A DNA stretch of 59,543 nt, the filler included, from Sminthopsis crassicaudata (lineage: Eukaryota), in NCBI RefSeq assembly GCF_048593235.1. It is 5 parts of 4 records of this genome, joined end to end, with 100 filler letters (N's around TTAATTAATTAA, not from the genome) between each part and the next. Parts side by side here need not be neighbours in the genome. Positions count along the whole stretch, not along the records: positions 16,186 to 43,777 come from NC_133617.1; 4 more parts are not named here. One strand, written 5' to 3'. How positions within the stretch are numbered: position 1 is the first letter of the stretch; each line of letters opens with the position of its first letter. The position numbers were made by a program, and so were the translations under genes. Of this stretch, positions 21,977 through 34,608 are shown in pieces. The notes under the pieces are model-generated. The model saw only the letters and a list, made by a program, of their open reading frames with translations. It was not told the DNA's origin and did not search any database.

Positions 21977-23040
21977 ATAACTCTGGAGAAAATGGGCAAG
22001 ACTGTTTGGTGCAAGGTGTGAACCTCAGTCATAATTTCAACCGGCAAGTTGGTCAAGGAATAATTAACTAGACAAAGAATAATTAACTTCCTTAGATGAA
22101 GAATGCTCTTCTTTCTTACTGAGAAGGAAAAGGTTGAGGGAAGCAGGAAAGGATGTTGGAGAATTGGTCAGATTTTGAAGAGGCTGCTGGGTAATAGGTG
22201 GGTGAAGGGGAGTTTGATCACTTAAACTCACAGAAACAGCATAAATGCTATTGCAGTCCACTTCCACAATGTTTTTCCTTAAAAGTACTTAGAGATGCAG
22301 CTCCATGTTTTCTAGTGTATTAACACTGATTCTAATGTTTTTCACTTTGGTTTCTATATTCTCCCGCACAATGCCTGGCACACAGTAGGTGCTTAATAAG
22401 TTTTGGCTGAAACAAAAGGTGTGATAGACGCATCCACCTAATTAATTGGGATACCAATGCGTCATTATTCTTCCAGCCCAATTCCTCCCCCACAATCTTA
22501 ACATAAAGAGGAAAAATTTTTCATGAACAATATAGATTTCTTTTGTTGTGGTAGGTGATTTATAAAAATACAGGCCCCAAATCTTCTAGGCAGCTGCCTT
22601 TCTCTGGGGGGAGGAGGGGAGACAGCATATTGCTATCCGTGAAGGTTTCTATAACATGACTGAGAAGAGATGAGAAACAATTCGCGGTACTTTCATTTCT
22701 CTTCAGGATTTCCATCTTGCTTGGGGGAGAACTTTACCTTCTTCATTTTCCATGTATTTAAAAAAAAAGATGCTGAATACATCTCTTTCTTTAATCTCAT
22801 TAACTATTACCAAGAAAAGATTTTCCATTTACTATCTGTACACTCCATGATATGTTCAGCACCATGAGCATCCCTTATTTGGAAGGAATGATTATGACCT
22901 TTTACCATAGGAGCTTTTATTTTCATAACATTCAATTCAAAGAAAATTTATGAAATCCTTACTAAGTGCAGAGCACCATGCCAGGCACTGGGAATACAGA
23001 GTCAAAAATATGATATGTCTCCAAAGACCTGATGTTCTAT

Positions 23041-23350
23041 TGAGGATAAGGATAGTATGGAAATTCAGAGCCAGTGACTCTGACTCACAAGGATTAGGGG
23101 AACAGGTGGTGGGAGTTTGTTAACAATAGGACAGGGAACTGCCAGTTCATAAGGTTCAGATAGTGTTGGTGGCAGAACTGTTGGGTAGTAAAAGAGGCCC
23201 GGAGTTCCAAGAAATATTAGTCTGATTTGTCTGATTAATTAATCAGAATTAGACTGATTAATCTTTCTTAATCTTATTACAGTACGGGGATTCCCTGATG
23301 GAATTGGCCAAGGGTCGTGTAGTCTTAATCTTAGTCAGTATATTACCTCA
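23041..23350. mobile_element. Solo LTR (310 bp, TGAGG...CCTCA) with 6-bp TSD TTCTAT
   Basis: TTCTAT at 23035-23040 and 23351-23356; inverted terminal 5-mers. Confidence 0.8.
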
Positions 23351-23899
23351 TTCTATCCATAGTCTCTGTGAGGGCTGTAGATGTGTCTGAGGCTCAGGTT
23401 AAGCAGTGAGTTGGTGTTAGTGAAAGTCACTTCCTCTCTCCTCAATTTTGGTGGCTTCCTCCTACTTCTGTCCTTATGGATGAAAGAGGATTGACATTTC
23501 CTGATGGTAATGGCAGACAAACGCTACTTATAAAGAAAGGATGGAATACTTTCTGTCTCCATGTAATGGCCAACATTACATGGCAAGACCTCTGATCTCA
23601 GTTCCTGGCAGAAATCAAGGCTGGCACATGTGTTTTAGCAGATCATGCAGAAAGACAAAATCACGGAGGGTAAAGAAGATGTTAGGCTGTCAATGGTGTC
23701 TTGTCCATTACAGGCTTGGGATATGATCCACACAAATGCACAGAAGTTGAGGAAGACAAGATAATAACAGAGAGCCATCCGGTGAAACTAGAGAGAACAG
23801 TGGAAAGAACATTTTTACATGTAGAAACAGATCTTTTCAAATCCTGGGTCTTTCATTTTAGTGTTGAGATTTGTACATGCCACTAAATTTCTAAGTCTT

Positions 23900-26800
23900 T
23901 CTTATTTCTCAACAGTTTAAATTTTTTTTTCTTATTACATGTAAAAATTGTTTTCAACATTACTTTTTGTAAGATGTTGAGATCCAATTTTTTTTCTTCC
24001 TTTCTCTCTTACATCCCCCTCCCCAAAACAGCAAGCAATCTGATATAGTTTTTACATGTATAATCATTCTAAACATACTTCCATGTTAGTCCCACTGTGA
24101 AAGAAAAATCAGAACAAAAGGAAAAAAATCACTAGAAAGAAAAAAACAAAAAGAAGTGAAAACAGGATGCTTCAATTTTCATTCAGTCTATAATTTTCTC
24201 TCTGCTTGTGAATGGCATTTTCCATCACAGAGTCTATTGGAATTGTCTTGGATCCCTATATTGCTGAGAAGAGCTAAGTCTGTCATAGATGATCATCACA
24301 TAATCTTGTTGTTTTTGTATACAATGTCTTTCTGGTTCTGCTCACTCCACTTAGCATTAGTTCATGTAAGTATTTCCAGGCTTTTCTGAAATCAACTTGC
24401 TCATGGTTTCTTAGAGAACAATAATATTCCATTACATTCATATGCATTCCATTTTCAAGTTTTCTAAAATATTTTTGGAGGTAGTTTGATTAGTATGGTA
24501 CTGAATAAGTAGATTATTTAGGTAGAATTGTCATTTTTATTATATTTGCTTGTCCTACTCATGAGCAATTGATATTTTTCCAGTTGTTTAAATCTGACTT
24601 TGTGTGAAAAATGTTTTTTAGTTATGTTCACAAAGTTCCTGGATTTGTGTTGGCAAGTAGACACCCAAGTGTTTTATATTATCTATAGTTAACTAAAGCT
24701 AATTTTTCTAGTACAATATTGAATAATAGTGGTGATAATGGAAATCCTTGTTTCACCTCTAATCTAACTGGGAATGCTTAAGAAAAACTCCAATTATTCT
24801 TTTGCGCTTTAGTGTTTTTTAATAGGAATGGTGGTTTGTTTGTTTTTGTCAAAAGCTTTTTTCTGCATCTATTGAAGTAATCAAATGATTTGTTACTTTT
24901 GTTATTGATATGGTGAATTATTCTAATAGTTTTTCTGATAATGAACTAGCTCTGCATTCCTTGTATAAATCCTTAGTCATAGTATTTAATTCTGGTGATA
25001 AATTGCTTAATCTCTTTACTAATATTTTATTCAGGATTTTTGCATATTCATTAAGAAATTGGTCTCTAATTTTCTTTCTCTGTTTTGGCTCTTCCTGGTT
25101 TAGAGATCAGTATCATATCTGTGTCATAAAAGAAATTTCACCTATATTTCCAAAGGGTTATATAATATTGGAATTGTTTTTTAAATGTTTGATAGCATTC
25201 ACTTGTAAATCCATCCAGCCCTGTAGATTTTTCTTGGCGAGTTCTTTGATGGCCTATTCAATTTCTTTGTATAAAATGGGACTATTTAAGTAATTTATCT
25301 CCTTCTTTTTAATATGGGCAATTTATATTTTTGTAAATATGAATTCATTTTAATTAGATTGTCAGATTTATTGGCATACAGTTGGGCAAAGTAGCTTCTG
25401 ATAATTGCTTTGATTTTCTCTTCTTTGATGGTAAATTCAACCTTTTCATTTTTGTTACAGGTGATTTGGTTTTCTTCTTTCCTTTTCCTAATCAAATTAA
25501 GCAAAAATTTATTTGTTTGTGAGGTTTTATTCATAATATCAACTCTTCATTGTATTTATTAAGTATTAGTATTTATGTTATTAGTATTATTTATTCTTAC
25601 TTTCAATTACATTAATCTCTCCTTTGATTTTAAGAATTTATAATTTTGTATTTAATTGGGGTTTTAAAAATTCTTCTTCTTCTAGCTTTTTAAGTTGCAT
25701 GCCCAATTCAATCATCTCCTTTTTCTTTATTTTATTCATGTAAGCATCTAGAGATATGAAATTTTTCTTAGGAACTGCTTTGGCTGCATCCTAGAAGTTT
25801 TAGTATGCTGTCTCATTATTGTAATTTTCTTGGATGAAATTATTATTTCTATGATTTGTTATTTGAATCACCCATTCTTAAGAGTAATTTATTTGGTTTC
25901 CAGTAAATTTTTGGCCTATGTTTCCATGGCTTTTTGTTATCTGACATTTTTATTGCATTGTGATCTGAAAAGGATGCATTTAATGCTTCTCTCTGCATTT
26001 GATTGTGAAGTTTTTAATGCCCTAATATATGATCAATATACCACTGAGAAAAAAGAATATTCCTTTCTGTCTCTAGAGGTCTAGCATATCTAAGTTTTCT
26101 AAGATTCAATTCACATTCTTAACTTCTTTCTTATTTATTTTATGGTTAGATTTATCTATTCTGAGAGAGGGAGGTTGAGATTTCCCATTAGTATAGTTTT
26201 GCTGTTTATTTCTGCAACTCATTAAACCTTTCCTCTAAGAATTTGGATGCATAACGCTTGATGCATATATGTTATCCTTTAGCAAGATGTAATTTATTTT
26301 CTTGTCTCTTTTAATTAGTTCTATTTTTGCTTTTCCTTTTTCTGAGATCAGAATCATTACCCCTGCTTTTTTTTTTTTTTTTTTAACTTCAGCTGAAGCA
26401 TAATATATTCTGTTCCAGTCTTTTACTTTTATTCTGTGTGTATCTCTCTGCTTCAAATGTGTTTCTTGTAAACAGTATATGGTAGGATTCTGGCTTTTAA
26501 TCCACTCTACTTTAATCCACTCGCTGCTTCCGTTTTATGGGAAAATTCAGTATTTAACTTCTGCTTGGTGAAAGAAGTACAGAGAGTTAGGAATGGAGAG
26601 CAGAGGGAATGAAGAACTAACCAAGGCTGGCCTGGGCTCTTCCTGGAGGTTCGAGGAAGAACCAAACAGAGGAAGGAACCAGTTATCATACTGTCTTCCT
26701 CTATCCTATTTCCCCCTTTACACTTTTTTCTCTCCTTTCACCTTTTTTTTTCTTCACAGTATTTAACTTCTGACCCCTACCTCCCTCAAACTTCCATTTC

Positions 26801-27760
26801 TTCTATTCACCTCCTTTTTCTTTCTACTTTCCACTTCTACTTCTNNNNNNNNNNNNNNNNNNNNNNNNNNNNNNNNNNNNNNNNNNNNNNNNNNNNNNNN
26901 NNNNNNNNNNNNNNNNNNNNNNNNNNNNNNNNNNNNNNNNNNNNNNNNNNNNNNNNNNNNNNNNNNNNNNNNNNNNNNNNNNNNNNNNNNNNNNNNNNNN
27001 NNNNNNNNNNNNNNNNNNNNNNNNNNNNNNNNNNNNNNNNNNNNNNNNNNNNNNNNNNNNNNNNNNNNNNNNNNNNNNNNNNNNNNNNNNNNNNNNNNNN
27101 NNNNNNNNNNNNNNNNNNNNNCTATAGGGTAAGATAAATTTCTATACTCAATGAGGTATGCATGTGATTTTCTCTTTGAGCCAAATCTGATGAGATTAAG
27201 GTTTAAACAATGCTTATCCCCATTCCTTCTTTTTACTGTAATTGGTCTTTTGTATCTCTTTCTGTGATATAATTTACCCGATTTTATCTCTCCTTTTCTC
27301 TTCTTCCAGCACAATAATTTTTCTTACCCTTAATTTCATTTTTCTATCATCACATCAAAGTTAATTCATACCCACACACTCTATGTATACCCCTTCTAAC
27401 TGCTCTAACAAAGAATTAGTTCTCAAGATTTAAAAATTCTTCCCATGTAGAGATGTAAACACTTTAATCTTTAAATAACACATTTTTCTCTCTCTTCTTT
27501 ACCTTTCTATGCTTCTGTTGAGTTTTGTATTGGAACATCAAATTTTCTGTTCATCTCTGGTCTTTTCATCAGAAATGATTGAAAATCTCCCATTTTGCTC
27601 AATCTTTCCCCCAAAAGATAATGCTCAATTTTGCTGGGTAGTTACTTCTTGCTTGTAGTGCAAGCTCTTTTACTTTCTGGAACATTATATTCTAGGTCCT
27701 CCAATCCTTTAATGTGGAAGCTGCAGAGTTTTGTATAATCATTACTGTGTGGTCCTCAGT
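23900..27760 (-). mobile_element. Decayed, internally deleted LINE-1 (3' UTR, ORF2 remnants, end of ORF1)
   Basis: Minus ORFs 26235-26456 (endonuclease region, ...IYYASAEVKK..AGVMILISEK) and 25295-25534 (..KRKEENQI..IKAIIRSYFAQLYANK) are L1 ORF2 peptides. A marsupial L1 3' UTR lies at 23900-24440 and an ORF1-like C-terminus at 27500-27760. Interrupted by the gap 26845-27121. Confidence 0.9.
26845..27121. other. Assembly gap (277 N)
   Basis: Plain N-run. Confidence 0.99.
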
Positions 27761-28964
27761 TTTCATACCTATAAAAATAAGAGATTTGGGCCATTAAATT
27801 CCCTTCTTTCTCTAAGTCTCTGAGTCTATGAATAGAGTGGGTGAAGAGGAGTAGTGGTAGAGGAAGCATAGAGACTGAGTCTGTGATTTTGTTGATAGAA
27901 TGAGGTTCCAGTTGAGTAAATCCCTTCTACCAATGCAATTTGGCATTTTATCTATATCTGATAGCTGTAGAGAGTTGCCTAGAGCTCTAAAAATGGCTTG
28001 ATCAGGGTCAAAGAGCTAATCAAGTGATCAGTCAATAAAAATTTATTAAGTGATTACTATGCACCAGACACTGTGCTGAAAATTGGAGATATAAAGAAAG
28101 GCAAAAGATAGTCCTTGTCCTTGATAGGGTGGGAGGGAGGGAAGAAGGGAGAGAGGGACGAAGGGAGAGAGAATGGGGGAGGATGGAGTGGAAAGGAGAG
28201 GACAGACAAGAGAGATTTTGCAGAGACAGAATCAAGAAGATTTTTGAGGTTAATTTGAAAACATTTTTAAACTGAAGGGACAGGGCAGGACAAGACATCC
28301 TCAGAAAACTCTTGCCATACCATATCTTTAGGAGCTGGGAGTATTTGATGCTGTCAAGTTAAATGTAGATAATGAAGATTAAGAGCTGGCTACCTCCAGT
28401 GTTGCTCAGAGAGAGCGTAAATAAGTCCAGTCATGCCTTTGAGGTCCTTTAATCTAGAGAACATTGATAGGGACAGACAAGGAAAGATTTGGGCAGTCAC
28501 TCCTTTGGTAAGGCATTTCCTTAAGGAAGACCTGCCTCTGCGTGTTTAGCTGATGAGTTGGAGATCCATCTCTTCCTTTTAAACCCTTTACATTGTGCTA
28601 GAGTCACGATTTCAGAAGGTTGACTGTAGATAGGGGTCTGCAATCTCATTAGCCCAATGAGTTCTCATGAAGGCCAAACCATGACTTCAAGTGTCACTAA
28701 TAGACTTGAATGAAAAGGGGACATGGGAAATATAACAAACTGAGTGAGAACATCAAGAAAGAATCGAGGGAGGGATGAGAAGGAGGAGGAGAAATCAGAT
28801 GGGTAGAATGGTGCCTTACATATTGGGAGGTGGTAGATCCAGCATGGTGCCATAGATGAGAATCAATAGAGCCTGAATCTTGAGTGGCTGAGCTATTGGA
28901 TTACATTCCAGGTTCTTTTCAGGATTCTAACAGCAAATTGCTCCACAGACAAAATAATAAGAAT

Positions 28965-29198
28965 ACTTGTGTCTGATTCTTTGTGATCCCATTTGGAGTT
29001 TTCTTGGCAAAGATGCTAGAGTGGTTTGCCATGTCCTTCTATAGCTCATTTTACAGATGAGGAAACTGAGGCAAATAAGATGAAGTGACTTGTTTAGGGT
29101 CACACAGCTTGTAAGTGTTTGAGACTAGATTTGAACTGAAGAAGTCTGTCTGATTCTACTCCCAATGCTCTATCCATGATGGCGCCGCCTAACTGCGT
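28965..29198 (-). mobile_element. MAR1-like marsupial CORE-SINE
   Basis: ttttcttggcaaagatgctagagtggtttgccat...ttttacagatgaggaaactgaggc...gggtcacacagct; ends approximate. Confidence 0.75.
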
Positions 29199-31439
29199 TT
29201 TTAACTAGAAATTCTGGATACCAGGAAGGAATGAACTTTATAATAATGTTGAGATCTTGGCGAAGACCCCAGTTTCTTTGCCTAGTCAAGTCAAGCTAAG
29301 CATTTATTGGATGTTTACTGTGTTACGGGCACTGTGGTAAACACTGAGAATATACATTGAAGCAAAAAGGAAGATGTTCCCTGGATTTGAGATACTTCCA
29401 TTCTAAAGGTTAAAAGCAACATCTAAAAGGAGGTTAAAAAGCCAGAAGAGGGAAAAAAAATAATTGCTTGGTGAAAGAAGTACAGAGAGGTAGGAATGGA
29501 GAGCCGCAGGAATGAAGATCTAACCAAGGCTAGCCTGGGCTCTTCCTGGAGGTTCGAGGAAGAACCAAGCAGAGGAAGGAACCACAGGGCAGAGAGATCT
29601 TCCAGGGTAAGAGGCTGCCATGGCATAGAGGAGAAGGGAGTCCAGAGTGTGGGAGTCAGGAGGAGAGCTCAGAGAGAAATGAAGGAGTAGCCATGGTTGC
29701 CTTCAGCCCTTCCTTAAAGTGGAGGTTTGGAGAAGAGTTGATCAGTCAGAGAATGGGGCCCTGGGGTATATGTGTGTGGGGGAAGGATCTTCTAGCACAA
29801 GAAAGCTGCAGGAATGGAGAGATTTTTCAGTAAGAAGGCTGCATGGGTATAGTGGAGAAGGCACCTTCCAGGGCCCTATCTCATGATGGTTCTGATGGCG
29901 ATTGTGCCCTTGAGGTCATGTCTTGGGAGCTCATGGCAGTAGCTGGAGCCAGTGTGTGGGAAATGCTCATGCACGAAGCAGAGAAATTCTCTTAGTCTTA
30001 GGTGATGTCGTATCCGTTATGATTTCTGCTCTAGCTTCAGTCCTCTGCCTTCACACAATTGCAGGATTTGAGAGCTGGAAGGGATCTCATTGGATTAGAC
30101 GCCAACCCACATATGGGAGGGTTCCTCTTTCAGAGATCCCTTACAGAGGCATGGGTGGCTGCTCTTAGTTGGTCCAGGATCTCCAGCTTTTCCTTTTCAC
30201 TGCTGCTCCAGCTACTGCACCGAGGGTCTCAAGGTCCTCTCTTGACCCAAAACTGCAGATCCCCACCTCCAATTCAGAGGCTGTTGGGTTTTCTGTGCGG
30301 GAAGGAAACATTTAATTCCTTGGAGTGTTTGCTTCTTTGGAGTGACTGCATGGCGGCCCAGATTTTCTTCTGGAGAATCATGTTTCCTAATCTGTATGCT
30401 TTTTCTTGATTTCTCTTGAACATCAGTCCAAGCGTAGCCCTGGGTATATGAGCTGACTACAAATATTATTCAACCATGCTCAATGTCAGCTGAGCTCAAT
30501 TGTCCACTGAAGCCCCAACAGCATCTTGGGAACTTACACCCATCTTTGACAAGCCACTTGACCTCAATGGGTCTTAGTTTGGTCATTTTAAAAATGAGAG
30601 AATTAGACTAGGTTCCTTCCTCAGCATCTGAGTTACCTTCAATTAATCTATCAATCAACCAGCATTTATTAATTGCCTAATGTATGCCACATACTATGCT
30701 AAGCACTGGGGATAAAAACAGGTGAAAGACAGTCCTTTGCCTCAAGGAGCTTACAATCCAAAGGGAGGGAAGTGAACACATATTTGCAAAGCAAACAATG
30801 TACAGGATAAATGAGAAATATTTAATAGAGGGAAAGTAGTAGAATTAAAAGGACTGGGGAAGCCTTCCTCTAAAATGTGGGATTTTAGTTGTTACTTAAA
30901 GGAAACTGGGAAGGTCAGTAGGTAGAGTTAAGGAGCAGGAACATTCCAGAAGAAGGAAAGCCAGAGAAACTCCTGAATCCAAGATAGGAAGTGGAATACC
31001 CAGGAAGCTGCTACCCTTGGAACAAAGAGTATGTGGTGGCAAGAAATGGTAAGAAGACTGGGAAGAAGGAGGAGGCTGCTTAGGAAGGGCTTTGAATGCC
31101 AATCTGAAGGCCCCTTCCAGACCTTCCAGAAGAGGTGAGCTGTAGATCTAACAGTGATGAATACTTCACTAAGATATGCAGAACCACAGAGCTCTAAACA
31201 ATGATTAGAAATCATGCAAACTATTGGGTACAGTCTGATGGTTCCTGACTGGGTTCTGCTACAATGTGGACAGATGAATCACCTCTCTAGTTTTGTCCCA
31301 TTTAGGAGGACTTTAAGGGAAATGAGGTATTTTGTTTAAAAAATATATATACTAGAGTTTCCTTTTTTTTTTTTTTGGCTCCATTCTGCTGTTTAGGTGA
31401 CAGGAATGTCCTCCCCAAACTCTCTGGTCCCTTGAAAAT

Positions 31440-31740
31440 TGGCTGTGGTTTTCCAACCTAGTAGAACAAAGGCTGTGGAAGGTCCCCTGGTCCAAGCTAT
31501 TCCTGTTGAAATCCCCTCATCAGCATCTCCCACCAGGTTGGCCAGCTTTCACTTGAAGCTTCCAGTGATGGAGAACTTACTTGTTCAGTTTTGGGATAAC
31601 TTTGATTGTTAGGGAGTTTTACTTTACAAAACCAACACTTTTTCCCAAATCCCCTCCATTGTCCCCATTTTTGTCCCTGAGATCAAGTAAAAGAAGCTTA
31701 ATCAATTAAATTAATTAAATTAAGCTTCTTAATCACTTGA
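31440..31740 (-). mobile_element. Old CR1/L3 fragment
   Basis: cttgaagcttccagtgatggagaact...ctttgattgttagggagtttt; ends approximate. Confidence 0.55.
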
Positions 31741-34407
31741 TGGTCTGTCAAGTTCTTGAAGGCAGTTATCAGATCCCCCTTAGATCCTTTTTAGGCTAAA
31801 GTGCATCAGGATCAGGGCTTCAGGGGACTTTTAGGATCCTTTTCTCCTCATAGAAGCACAGAATCATCATTCTAGGACTAGGTGGGACCTCAGTGAGCAT
31901 TAGCTTTACCTTCTTATTCTGGAATTAAAGAAACCCAGGCTCATGGGGTTGACACGATGCGGCTGAGATTTACAAAGGTAGGAAGGGTTAACAAGGCAGG
32001 ACTGGACCTCTGATGTGCCAATGCTTCTCCTGTAAATCCTTGTAAAGGTCCAGGCTAGCTCCTCTGAAGGGCTCAGAATAAGTCCTTGCCCCACCTTGGG
32101 TGCCAAAATGTCTCTAAATTATCCTTCCCGACTGTCATTCTCACCTCAATCTCCCAGTCAGATTGACCCTCCAGGCCCAATGTTGCCTATTTTATCCTCC
32201 CAGAGAATGGGCCTTGTGAGAACTCCTACAGCCAATGAACTTGCTCCTTTTAAAGGTGTAAACTCCTTTAAATATGTAAACTCCTCTAAAACTCCTCTTC
32301 AGAAGTCCAAAGGTGTAAACTCCCCTTAAAGTCCCAAACCAAAGGTGTGAATTCTGAGTTAGAGAACCTGAGTTATCACCTTATAATCCTAACAAATCCT
32401 CCCTTTCCCTTTTTACAGAGGAGGAAGTAGAGGTCTAAGGAGGTTAAATGATATCCTCCCATTAGGGCATGGTATGACCATCAGTCCCCTTGTTTCTGGG
32501 AGCACTCTTTGCAGCCATACTCTGGCTTGTCAATCTCATTCCCAAAATGTGGGGTCCAAGACAGATGACATCTGCCAAAGGTATTGGGCAGAAGGGCTCT
32601 AATCCCATCCCCACCTTAGGGAACACTGGATTTCTCTCCATGAAACCCAAGATGCCATTAGCTTTTTTGGTAGCTTCATTGCTCTTGACTTATATTGCTG
32701 AAGGCCCCCTGACATCCCCGATTTTGACATTACATTGGTTTTTCCCATGCGGTATTCTATTTTTTTCAACCTGGATATGAGATTTCCAAGCGATGCTGAC
32801 CATTAGTGAGCCCCCTTTACTGGAAGAGAGAAAGGGAGCGAGGTTTTGCTTCCTGTTCTCAGAAAGGGCTGATGTGTCTCTCTCCCAACTCAACTCAATT
32901 CAACTTAATTAAAAATATATTAAGCACCTTCCATGGGCCGAGGACTGTGCAAAGTTTAGGGGTTATGGAGACAAAACCAAAATAGTCCCTGTCCACATTG
33001 TATTTAGGAGATACTACTTGTAGACAAGTAAATATAGATTTGTGCACAGTAGTTTTGGGGAATGGGGAAAACACTAACTGGCTCAGCACTTCCCGTTCGA
33101 GGAGGCATCTGAACTCTGCTTACAAGGGAGCTGGAGATTCTGGGACAGGAGGAGTAGAGGGCTCATGGGGCAGAGGGAGAGAGGGGAGAAATGGAAGGTC
33201 ATTTATGGAGGGAGGGTTGTTTTATATCATGTAACTGGATGTGGCCCATTGTTCCACTGCTTATTGTATTGCTGATCTTTTATTATCTGACTTTCCCTGG
33301 GGCTTCATCTCTGTACGGAAGGCTGAATGTTAGTTCGGGTCTACAGGCTGCCCTTGGTTACTGACAAATCAATGTTCCGGGGCTTGTGAGAGAAGAGTTG
33401 CTTGTATCACCTCCCATTTGTTCTCTCTGCCATTCTTCTTTCTTCCCAAGATCAGGCCTTTTTACACTGTCAATGCATAGGGGAATGGGAGTGATCATCG
33501 GGGATTCCTCTTTTCCCCTACCTTTTCCCCTACGACGATGACCTTGCATTTAGGGCTGTGCAGGAAGGAGAGGACTGGGGCTCATGGTGATAGAAATCGA
33601 GTTGCCTTTTCCCTTAGGCCACTTTTGCCAAATGTGTTTTCCTGATCTGACCTCATGTCCTACATATTATTTTACATCAATGAAGATGTGAATTTATTTA
33701 CATATAAATGATGTTCCCCAAACTCTACGTTGATAAAACCCTGTTTAATTCTCTTTTGACCTATGGTTGCTGGAGATCAATAAATCAGTTATGGGATGGT
33801 GGATGGAGAGTTGAAAGGGGCAACTAGTTCAGCCCTTCATCTCAGAGATGAGGAAACTCGGGGTGTAAGGGGTTGCATGCGAAGCCTGGGTCTGAAGCCA
33901 GAGCTAGCGCTCTTTCCCCTGGGCCACAATCAATGACTATGTTCTCACTCAGCTCCTCCTGAACGTGGGTTTTGTGAGGGGTGTCGGGATTGGGCCTAGA
34001 CCTAGAAGTTTGTGGCTTTGGAGAGTTCCCAGGGGAGAAAACTACCAATGTAGGAATCTACCCTCTGACTTAGAGAGGGACTTGCAGCATTAAGAAATTC
34101 ATGGAAACCGTGTTTCCTCAGGATGGGCTTTCCTCAGGAGGGGATGGGGGGATGTAGGGGTCGGGGAGAATACAACCAGAGGGGGCACTGACCAAGGAAC
34201 GGCCTCACCTTGCTCTGCTGGGCTCTCTTCCAAGACTCTGAGCTCCCACTCCTAGGCGCTGGGCCCCATTCTCTGCTCTTGGGGAAACTAGACTTGCCCG
34301 TGGGGATTTGACTTTCGTGTCCATAAGGCCTTTGGAGATGGCCTCCCCTTAGGCAGGAGAACATGAGACGGAGGCTTTAGGGCTTTCTACAGTGTCACTT
34401 TTTCCAG

Positions 34408-34608
34408 GCAAACTAATTGTGGTCCCTACTGTGAGAGGAGGAGGTTTAAGCATTTCCTCTCAGCCCTGCTGCTCCTGTTCAAAGCTCTGCTGTCTGAGCG
34501 TGCCTTCTGGTGCCGGGCACCGTGCCCGCCGAGGGAGAGCGGGATGGAGCCAGCCACTTTGAGAGGGCAGATTCTTCCAGGCAGGACCATGCTCAACATG
34601 GAGAGCCA
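34408..34608 (+). other. Candidate unannotated exon, 201 nt, open in phase 2-2 (QTNCGPYCERRRFKHFLSALLLLFKALL...MEPATLRGQILPGRTMLNMES)
   Basis: cactttttccag| acceptor, CCA|gtaagt donor, local CpG cluster. Confidence 0.3.

Noticed and set aside
26763-27314. 183-aa minus ORF
   Set aside because: It is open only because it reads through the N gap; the flanks are L1 sequence.
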